This document shows positions 50,385-60,661 of a stretch of 64,000 nt of DNA, one piece after another. This DNA is from Octopus bimaculoides. Taxonomy: Eukaryota. Position numbers and translations under genes: made by a program. The stretch's first letter is position 1, and each line of letters begins with the position of its first letter. The stretch covers positions 38,492,871-38,556,870 of the forward strand of contig NC_068995.1 in the NCBI RefSeq assembly GCF_001194135.2, given 5' to 3'. The notes beneath the pieces were generated by a model, which was not told the DNA's origin, did no database searches, and worked only from the letters and a program-made list of their open reading frames with translations.

Positions 50385-50935
50385 CAAACTTACCAATAAT
50401 CCTACAAAGCTCCAAAATGGGAAACCAATTAAACAAATGCTGCATAAAAAGCAATAAACTCAAAGAGAAAAACCAGAAAAAACAACTGACAAGAGCAAAA
50501 TTGTCACCAGAAAGTGAAACCGAATTCTTTGTGAAAGAATCTGGAGATAGTAGATGTGGGATCTGCAGTAACCCCATCCACAAATATATAGAGGAAAACA
50601 GCCAAATAAAATTTAAGAGTGGACACACATTCAAAGTAAATGCAAACATGAATTGCATGAGACAAAACTTAATATCTTGCATAAACTTTCCCACATGCAA
50701 GGAAAACTACATAGGTGAAACTGGCAATTCTATATGCCAACGAACCAGAATTCACCGACAACGTATCTGACAAGGAGAGCTACAAAAAAATCCACTAAGT
50801 AAACATTTAGAAACATATGGAGAAAGACGATTCAAGATCTTTCCTTTTTATAAATGCCCAAGGAATGACACCTTCTTCAGAAAAAAATATAGAACAACAC
50901 TCCAATAGCAAAACGCTCTCCCAAACTGAATGGCT
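50385..50935 (+). mobile_element. Penelope-like element, linker and GIY-YIG endonuclease
   Basis: LTRAKL, CGIC, HTFKVNANMNC..NLISCINFPTCKENYIGETGNSICQRTRIHRQRI, KIFPFYK. Confidence 0.88.
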
Positions 50936-51904
50936 AAAAATATGGAACACTAAGATATATACATATGTGTGTGTGTATGTAGATACATAAATAGAGACAT
51001 TCTTGAATCCAGATTTTACATTCCATACCGGCATGGGAATCAAACATTGGGCAATGATGATGATGATGATGTGTCTTGACACTGTTTTGAAAAATGACTT
51101 TCATTATTCCTCATCAAAACAGACTCCCCCTAGAGTAACAACCTGGTCTTACCATTTTCACAGACCAAGAATCAACTTGTCATCCTTTGAAAGAACTGAC
51201 CAACTGTACAGATATAAACATTGTTTCTTCTTTTTTTTCCTTCCCTCCTTTCTTTCCTTCTATTTTCCATTGATATTAAGGAAAAGAAAAAAAGACACAT
51301 TTTTTCACTTTGAAAATATTTTCTTTTCAGAGCCCCTGGTGAGGTGGCTGAACCAAAGTAAGCATCTGTTCCAGCCACCTACTTAAAAATATTCTTTTCT
51401 TTATCTCTTGTTCAAAACACTTCTTTTCAGATACACACATACATACACACACACAAACGCGCGCTCACACACACATACACACACACACACAAACAAACAC
51501 ACACACACACACTCTCACTGTCTCCCTCCACTAACTCTCCATTCCTCTCCCTCTTTCCCTACCTTTTATACTCCGCATTACTCTTCTTTATCCGCATTCT
51601 CTCTCTCCTCTCCAACCTATTCACTAATACTACAAAAAGCGACAAATGCCTTCGCACAATTTCAATCTAAAGTATCTTTTTGAGTAGATGTAAATATGTG
51701 ATTTGTAAAAAAACATATGACATTTTAATAAACATTTGTATATGTACAACCATCCAGATCTCAGAATACCTTATTTTTTCTAATATATAATATCGGCTCA
51801 TCACCTGCAAACCTTTATATATATATNNNNNNNNNNNNNNNNNNNNNNNNNNNNNNNNNNNNNNNNNNNNNNNNNNNNNNNNNNNNNNNNNNNNNNNNNN
51901 NTAT

Positions 51905-52070
51905 ATACGCTATTCAATTTTTTCTCTCCTTGTCTCCGTATTCTTTCTGTTGAAGAGCGTAGCTCGAAACGTCAAAGACTTTCCGTATTCCCGAGCGTCA
52001 TACTAATACATCCTTTTGTTATTTACACCACCTGTCCTCGTCTGTTGTTTTTTCGTACATTCTCCCATAT
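51905..52070 (+). mobile_element. Penelope-type terminal repeat fragment containing a hammerhead motif
   Basis: Short non-coding segment carrying the hammerhead motif below; pLTR assignment inferred from the motif and nearby Penelope fragments. Confidence 0.55.
51942..51978 (+). ncRNA. Minimal type I hammerhead ribozyme motif (core variant)
   Basis: TCTTT-CTGTTGA-A-GAGC-GTA-GCTC-GAAAC-GTC-AAAGA: stem I TCTTT/AAAGA, stem II GAGC/GCTC, palindromic ACGT stem III, GUC site; A6 of CUGANGA is U. Confidence 0.65.
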
Positions 52071-52099
52071 ATATACATGTATATATACATATATTAATA

Positions 52100-52694
52100 C
52101 ATGCTTGACAAGTCAACGAACCAGTGACGCGGTTACGATGGATTACATCGACACTATTGAAGAAGATATTATACTAGTCATAGATGAATTGGACGCAAAG
52201 TCAGCTGCTTGTCCTGATGGTTTCCCACCGATTCTTCTCAAATCGTTTGAGCCTGTCATCGAGAAACCACTACAAATTCACTTACAGAGTTTCCTTGCAA
52301 ATGGCAACCTGCCAAGCAACTGGGAGATACCCAACATCACTTTCGACCAGGTAAGAGCTGCCTGACCCAGGTCTTACAGCACTATGCCTGGGTGTTGAGG
52401 CAGGTACTCAAGAAATCAAATGTGGACGTTATATAAGTAGACTTTGCAAAAGCTTTTGATAAAGTTGTTCAGTGTATGATATGCGACAAACTGCTCTCGG
52501 CATAGCTAGAAAACATGCTGAGCGGTTACATGGCTTTCTGAAAGTCAGGCCAATGAAGCACCTCAAACAAAATACAAATAGTGAGTGGTGTTCCACAGCT
52601 CACTGTCTAGGGAACCCTGCTTTTCATAGCAACCCTCTCAGATCTGCCCTCAGGTGCCCGGATAGCCTCCCTTGATAGCTACGCAGATATATAT

Positions 52695-52793
<99 letters not shown>

Positions 52794-53430
52794 ACTCTAT
52801 ATATATACATCTGTATATATAGAACTGAGAATGTGTATGTTTGTCTGACTGTCTGGCTGTTTGTGTGTGTGTGTGTGCATCACTAAAACACTAGAATTAC
52901 TCAGCCGATTTCATTCAAATTTTACACATGCCTTAATTAGCGTTCGTGCAGTGTCATGGGTGAATAACATTTTCAACACGTAGCTTTGATAAAATTGATC
53001 ATGGCATGATATTCCACAAACTGCACCTTGAATCACTACAGCGTAGCTTCACAAAGAAGATCTCAGCTATTGCGAAAGTCTGAAACAGTTATTCCCTGAA
53101 AGATTCTGGAAGGGATTGTGCGAACTTTTGGCATTGAAAGCTACACAAATGCAATAACGAGACGACACGTCACACTGCCAAACATCCCAGCAATGCCGTC
53201 GACCTTCATTACTAGTTACTGGAACAGCCGGGGTTTCAGCGGCTCATAGCTTCTTGATATTCCCCCAAAGAGCCTGAGTGTTCCACTCAAAGTGGATACA
53301 TGTGTTTTCAAATGAAACTGGATCTCTTCTTGTCGAGAGTCTCAGATGAACCTACCTCACGTCAAGAGGCGCAAATGAGGGTAACGACATCAAGCTCAGT
53401 TATTCACTAAATACCACATATCAGACGAGA
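52100..53430 (+). mobile_element. CR1-like LINE remnant (RT and 3' region), interrupted by microsatellites and a short insertion at about 52800-52975
   Basis: SAACPDGFPPILLK..PLQI..GNLPSNW, NVDVI.VDFAKAFDKV, LESLQRSFTKKI, WKGLCE/KLDLFL 3' region. Confidence 0.8.
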
Positions 53431-53929
53431 CTCTCACTAATAGGAGAGTAGTAAAACATGAATTCTGAATTGATGTTTAATGATTCAACATTAAAAGAAA
53501 TAAACAGGACAGAGTGAATTTCAATTTTAACATGCATATAAAATGTGGGGAACATAATACAAAAAAAAAAAAAGGAGTAAAATGGAGAATTTTAAATGAG
53601 ATTCAAATCAATGCAAATATAAACACCATATAGGAGATACAGTAGACTGCAAAGTACATTCAAACTACAATAAAAACAGTTGAAAATAGTGATTTTCACG
53701 TTTGATGCGTTTGTATTTTGTAATTCAAATATTTTATCAAACCTATGGAGATTAAGGCAAGTTCTGTGAAATATATATAAAGAAAACAAATTTCATAATA
53801 AAAAGTAAGTGCGCTATTTTTCATTCATACACAATCTCTAATAATTTTTCTCCTAGTAAAATCACAAATCAAGAAAGAGTTCGTTCTTTTAGGCAGAATT
53901 ACTATTACAAGTATCTAACTACGCGTTTA

Positions 53930-54600
53930 ATTCTAACGTTTCGTTAAATTCTTAGCAGAATGGGAAATATGTCAAGACAGTTTCCTTTTTCAATTGACGG
54001 ATATTTGTTCTCATTTTGTTTGTTGTTAACACAACAGTTTCCTAGCATACGTGCTGCTTCTTTTTGTTTTCGTATTTTCCAGTGGTGTTCTCTATATCTT
54101 ATTTTAACTTCATCCCACAGGGTGAGGTGATCTCTATTTTTCCATACACGATCAGCTATACCCGATTTATCAATATCTCCTCGTGTCATAGCTTTGCGAT
54201 GTTCGTCTATCCTTATTTTGAGGGGGCGACATGTTTGCCCTTTGTATAACTTACCGCAGCTGCATGGGATGGAGTACATGCTGTCTTTGGTCATATTCTC
54301 TTCTATTGTTGGTTTTACTCTAAGGAGTTATTTGCGAAGCGTTGTATTACTCTTGAATATTGTCCTGATGCCATATGGGTCGCATATCTTTGGTATCTTC
54401 TCGGAAAGGCCTTTCACATAGGGCAGACAGACAGACTATGGACAGTTTATGGATTCCATCGTCTCTTTTCTTCATAATTGCAGTGGAGAATATGCTTTTG
54501 GGGTAGTTGTTGCTTAATAGATTGTTACTGAGCTTGTCCATTTCTTCATGTTGGGTATCATGATCGCTACTTATGTTCATTGCTCGATGTTTAAGCAATC
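53930..54600 (-). mobile_element. Penelope-like element, RT thumb/linker and GIY-YIG endonuclease
   Basis: NNYPKSIF; YSIPCSCGKLYKGQTCRPLKIRIDEH..KSGIADRVW..WDEVKI..RKQKEA. Confidence 0.9.
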
Positions 54601-54969
54601 CCTCTCTTTACACTGTATGGATGGTGTGAGTTGTATATAAGTATGCGTGTGCATGTGAGAGAGGAAATGAGTAACTTATTTGGTCATAATATAGAGAGGT
54701 ATAGATGCCATTAAAGATACACACTCATATAGAAAAGGTGACCTCGTCGTTGTCATCGTGATATAAAATGTTTGCGATACTTAACTTATAGGAAACACTA
54801 TAATGTAATTTTTTTGCAATGCAAATATGTAAACGAAAATAAAGTTTATTTGGTATTCGTAAGATTACTGAATCTTTAAATACCCCATACGCCAAAATCC
54901 GCAACTCAGTTTCGAACGTATTAGAAAGATACGCACGCACGCACGCACACACACACACACACAGACACA

Positions 54970-55043
<74 letters not shown>

Positions 55044-55619
55044 CTTCTATGTATATGGAAGGTGTCCCTCTCTGTCGTTCTACCTGACCGTCTCTTACAT
55101 TCCCTGTGTTTCTATCTCTTCCTGTCTCCTCTTCCCTGATATCAGCCACGTTCATTATGCTACATCTCCCTGAAGCTAACACTTTTCCACCCCTCATATT
55201 TTATTATGTATAGCCCAAAGCCCGTAGTCGGTCCATTAACGATTTTTATTGAAATCCAGTTGGTTGGGCACCAAGATAGTAACTGACAGGCACACAAACA
55301 AACAGTCAAATACATAGACAGGAATTGCCATTTATATATAAGAGGTATGTATGTATATATGTGTGTATATACACAACCCCACTATTTACTGACTTATATA
55401 TATANNNNNNNNNNNNNNNNNNNNNNNNNNNNNNNNNNNNNNNNNNNNNNNNNNNNNNNNNNNNNNNNNNNNNNNNNNNNNNNNNNNNNNNNNNNNNNNN
55501 NNNNNNNNNNNNNNNNNNNNNNNNNNNNNNNNNNNNNNNNNNNNNNNNNNNNNNNNNNNNNNNNNNNNNNNNNNNNNNNNNNNNNNNNNNNNNNNNNNNN
55601 NNTATATATAAATATATAT

Positions 55620-55651
<32 letters not shown>

Positions 55652-55698
55652 AATATATACTGTAATAATAATAATAATGCTCAGGTGGAACTTATAAC

Positions 55699-55834
55699 TA
55701 TTTTAATGCATCGCTACGATCATAGTCCGTATTCCTGGGACAATTACAGTGCAGTCCGTAGTATCCATAGACATTGGAAAGATCATGTCCATGCATACAT
55801 TTCATTAGGCGATACAGCGTTAATGGATGCCGAA
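55699..55834 (-). CDS. Exon of a divergent secreted phospholipase A2-like gene (group I/II fold, N-terminal helix to Ca2+-loop region); gene or pseudogene
   Basis: Acceptor GTGTTTTCAG|TT (phase 1); xRHPLTLYRLMKCMHGHDLSNVYGYYGLHCNCPRNTDYDRSDALK; gapless match over 28 aa to the recalled human group IIA N-terminus [28 protein letters not shown]; a GT follows 2 nt after DALK (phase 2, the sPLA2 position) but the donor GTTATA is weak. Confidence 0.62.
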
Positions 55835-56327
55835 CTGAAAACACACATACGTATGAACTTATATTTATATGTATGTATGTGTGTGCATCTGTGTGTAGAA
55901 AAAAATGAAAAGGGAAAAGAGGAAATATTGTTACAATGAAGAGATGAAACTTGAAAAACCTTTCAATTTTCCAAGCGTTAATGTCACTCTTCAGAAGGGG
56001 GACAGTTTAGACCCTTGTGGCCAATAAAGAAATAAGAAGCAGGATAAAATGCGTCTCGTTGTAGATCCTGCAGTTTGATGGCCCAGAATGGCTGAAGCAC
56101 AGTTTTAGTTAGGGTGAAGTAAATTCTAAAAATATTATGCAAAACATGTATACTTTGTGGCATATAGACAATAGTAAAACCACTTAATTGGGTAATCACA
56201 TATTGACATCCACTTCACAATGCACAAGCAAATGAAGATTCGTGAAGAAATTTGACCATATTTCAATGGATGCCATATCTCATGGATCTAAGAGATGCAA
56301 CTTAAGTATACTAACGATCGCACATAC

Positions 56328-56373
56328 CTTTTATATCCAAGAATTCCACCACACTGCTTAAATAAATCCTCAT
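56328..56373 (-). CDS. Candidate leader exon for the PLA2-like gene (MRIYLSSVVEFLDIK, phase 1)
   Basis: ATG at 56373, strong donor AAG|GTATGT; splices in frame to 55834 over a 493-nt intron; weakly hydrophobic for a signal peptide. Confidence 0.35.
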
Positions 56374-57564
56374 TCGAAAGTTTGAAGAAATGTAAGCATA
56401 TGGTCGAATTTCTTTTACCTAATTAGAAGATAGTGCCCTCTCCGGACTGAGCAGCAGTTTCTCAGAATATGGCCTTAAATGTAATATGTGTTTGCATGTT
56501 CGTATCTCTGGGCGCGCGTATATGTGAGTGTGCGCACACGTGTATGTATGTGCGAATGTCAACATTCATATTTCTATACATAGTCATGAATACACACAGA
56601 CTAAAATGGTTTGTATAATTCTCTTATCTTATGTTAGTAATCAGGATAACCAAATCGTTTTCAAAGCTCTTTCATAGCACATTACTAGGTGTGGTTTGAA
56701 GAAATTTAATCCATAGTTGATTTCATATTAGCTTTCAAAATATTTTGTTCTGAAAAGTGAAGTTGAAACAAATGCAGTTATATGTGTTTATGAATTATAG
56801 TACTAATTAATCTCGTCTTTGAATGTATGAGTCGAACATGTGCATATGCCAAGCTCAACTGTGAAGTTTATGTGGAAATGTTGGGTCAGTGGATGTTCAT
56901 CGATGAGTTCATGAACCTTGGTTCTTTTCTCTAAAACTATATATATATATGTATATATATANNNNNNNNNNNNNNNNNNNNNNNNNNNNNNNNNNNNNNN
57001 NNNNNNNNNNNNNNNNNNNNNNNNNNNNNNNNNNNNNNNNNNNNNNNNNNNNNNNNNNNNNNNNNNNNNNNNNNNNNNNNNNNNNNNNNNNNNNNNNNNN
57101 NNNNNNNNNNNNNNNNNNNNNNNNNNNNNNNNNNNNNNNNNNNNNNNNNNNNNNNNNNNNNNNNNNNNNNNNNNNNNNNNNNNNNNNNNNNNNNNNNNNN
57201 NNNNNNNNNNNNNNNNNNNNNNNNNNNNNNNNNNNNNNNNNNNNNNNNNNNNNNNNNNNNNNNNNNNNNNNNNNNNNNNNNNNNNNNNNNNNNNNNNNNN
57301 NNNNNNNNNNNNNNNNNNNNNNNNNNNNNNNNNNNNNNNNNNNNNNNNNNNNNNNNNNNNNNNNNNNNNNNNNNNNNNNNNNNNNNNNNNNNNNNNNNNN
57401 NNNNNNNNNNNNNNNNNNNNNNNNNNNNNNNNNNNNNNNNNNNNNNNNNNNNNNNNNNNNNNNNNNNNNNNNNNNNNNNNNNNNNNNNNNNNNNNNNNNN
57501 NNNNNNNNNNNNNNNNNNNNNNNNNNNNNNNNNNNACACACACACACACACACCCACACACACA

Positions 57565-57607
<43 letters not shown>

Positions 57608-58859
57608 GCCTGTCCCAGAAATATTTATACCTTTATATTTCCGATTTATTCAAAGCAAACCTAAGGTAGGACTAAATGAAATTTGTCATGCAAGTTCTAA
57701 TGTAAATTGCCAATCAATTGCAGTAGTTACATTTCATAGTGAGCATGTTTTGCCTTGATCATAGCCCGGAAACGAGTGATCCAACTCGTGAAAACAGAAG
57801 TGCTTTGTTTACATCTGACATATTTAAATAAAACCGAGCATGAATATTACTATCTATGATGGACGAGATAGCAAAGTCTGTGAGAGTGATATCTGGACTT
57901 GAGTAAGGCCATATCGTCTCGCTTTAAAAACTGCTGAATTGTTCTTTGCACCACCACCTGTGTGTTAAATTTGATGTGTGGGCCGGAATCCTCTCTAAAG
58001 TGAAGATGAAACGGTTACCAAAGGTTTATGTGACCCAGGGTAACATTTCTGACCCAACATTTCCACATAAACTTCACTGTTGACCTTGACGCCAAAATCG
58101 GTGAAGTTCAAAGGACACTTGGCCGCAACAGATTCAACTGCAGCCCACACTATGAGTAGAGATGGCTTCTGACGGCGTAAATGGCTACTGCTACCTTCGG
58201 GCAAGTTTTCTGCATTACGTGCATAAAGCCTGTCATTCTGACTGCTGGTAACTGTCTCGACAGTGAAGATCTCGTCGGACCAGACAAGCACATTGTGAAC
58301 GGCACGCTTGATCTCAGCTAACATTATTTTACACCTGTAAAGCCGTTTTTTCTTCAAAGCTGCTGAAATTAACTGTTGGGATTGTTTTTTATGTGTAGAT
58401 ATCTTTAATTCCTCTTCAAAAATCATGTACATTGCCGATTTCGAGATATCAAGAGCTTTTGCAGTTTTTCTTGCTCTCCTGTGGAGATTTCTGCTCTTTT
58501 GCCTCTTCAGAGCTTCAACATTTTGTTTGGTACGAATTGATCATTTCCTACCAGGAACTGACTTCAAAGATGTAACAACGGATTCCATATATCATTTCCA
58601 GGTATTGAACACTGTTTTACGGCACACATTCAAATGTTTTGTTTTGTTTTTGTTGCTCACTCCAGCTGATTTCAAAGTGGTAGTGAGGTTACGTTTTGCA
58701 TTCGATTCCATGTTTGTTTACAAACTGTTACAAACCTGTTACGAACGAAACAATAGAAACATGAACAAATGGCATATGCAAATTTTAAGTATAATATAAA
58801 TATTACCTGAAAAGATATTCTTTATGAAGAGATTTAAACTAGGGTAAATCTTTCTGGGA

Positions 58860-58861
<2 letters not shown>
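57608..58861 (-). mobile_element. Tc1/mariner transposon, maT/DD37D-like, decayed
   Basis: VWSDEIFTVE..QNDRLYA..QKPSLLIVWAAV..GVKVNSEVYVEML, WPYSSPDI; TIR cores TGTCCCAGAAATATTTA (57611) and TAAATCTTTCTGGGACA (ends 58861). Confidence 0.85.

Positions 58862-58862
<1 letters not shown>

Positions 58863-58940
<78 letters not shown>
58863..58940. repeat. (CT)n microsatellite
   Basis: Direct reading. Confidence 0.97.
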
Positions 58941-58944
<4 letters not shown>

Positions 58945-59769
58945 ACTGTATATGTAAATAAATAAATATATAAATTAAGAAATAGAGTTAAACTCAGGTG
59001 TCATTCAAATCTTTATACTTCTGACAAATGTTTCGAAGAAAATATTGGTATTATTCCTGTGGGAATAAAATGATGTAAAACAATATAATCATCTCATCAG
59101 GGAAAAAAAGAGAAACAAAACACATCAAGAAGCCATTTTAGCCGAATGTGATTAGCGCGTATATGATGAAGAGAAAGAACGTTGGCAAGTTATTTAAAAA
59201 AAAAAAAACCTTTAATAGATTTAATGTCAAATGCAATTTAAAGAATGAGAAGGTGCAGAAACAAAGAAATTAACAGAAAATTAAGAGTGGAGAAATATAG
59301 TGCAATAGGTGAGTGTAAATAAAGCTTCTGTTCTCCGTGAATTCTCTTGTAAACATGTTTAAACAACGCGTTTATCGTTGCAAACATTGGCAAAAAATAC
59401 CTTTAGTTCCTATAAGTAATTTCTACCAATGTATCAAATTCGATTTTTATCTGTCTTCTTACATTTAATTCCGACTACATATATGTATTTACACGCCTTT
59501 AAGCTTTATTTCCACTCACCTATTGCACTATATTTCTGTACTCTTGATTTTCTATTAATTCTTTCTTTCTCCTCCTCCTCTTTCTCTAAATTACGTTTGA
59601 CGTTAAATCTATTAAAAGTTTTCTTTTTAAATAACCTGCCAGCGTTCCCTTCATCATATACGCGGTAATTACATTCGGTTAAAATTGATTACTGATGTGT
59701 TTTGTTTCTCTTTTCTTCCCTGATGAGATGAGTACATTGTTTTACATCATTCTCTTTCTTCAGGAATAA

Positions 59770-59985
59770 TACCAATATTTTCTTCGAACCTTGGAATCCT
59801 CTGTGTAGTGGGTTGATCCACTACTCAGGAAGAGACTATTCTAGAGTACGTTCTGTCTTATCTTCGAAACGTCTAGTTGGAATAGAGACAGCTGATGAAG
59901 GGATATTCCAAGTGGCTTTCCGTTCCTATGTGTTCGTTCCGTTGTCTGTAGTTCATTGTTCTAACGTCCTGTACCCTGATATGCA
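59770..59985 (+). mobile_element. Penelope-type terminal fragment with a degenerate hammerhead motif (59818-59880)
   Basis: CCACTA-CTCAGGA-...-GAAAC-GTC-TAGTTGG; flanks pair as stem I. Confidence 0.45.
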
Positions 59986-60661
59986 TATATATACACATGT
60001 AGATGTAAGTATGTACATATATGTGTGTATACATGTATATATATTCTTTGTATTATATATATATATATATATACATGTATATATATATATATATANNNNN
60101 NNNNNNNNNNNNNNNNNNNNNNNNNNNNNNNNNNNNNNNNNNNNNNNNNNNNNNNNNNNNNNNNNNNNNNNNNNNNNNNNNNNNNNNNNNNNNNNNNNNN
60201 NNNNNNNNNNNNNNNNNNNNNNNNNNNNNNNNNNNNNNNNNNNNNNNNNNNNNNNNNNNNNNNNNNNNNNNNNNNNNNNNNNNNNNNNNNNNNNNNNNNN
60301 NNNNNNNNNNNNNNNNNNNNNNNNNNNNNNNNNNNNNNNNNNNNNNNNNNNNNNNNNNNNNNNNNNNNNNNNNNNNNNNNNNNNNNNNNNNNNNNNNNNN
60401 NNNNNNNNNNNNNNNNNNNNNNNNNNNNNNNNNNNNNNNNNNNNNNNNNNNNNNNNNNNNNNNNNNNNNNNNNNNNNNNNNNNNNNNNNNNNNNNNNNNN
60501 NNNNNNNNNNNNNNNNNNNNNNNNNNNNNNNNNNNNNNNNNNNNNNNNNNNNNNNNNNNNNNNNNNNNNNNNNNNNNNNNNNNNNNNNNNNNNNNNNNNN
60601 NNNNNNNNNNNNNNNNNNNNNNNNNNNNNNNNNNNNNNNNNNNNNNNNNTATATAAACATA

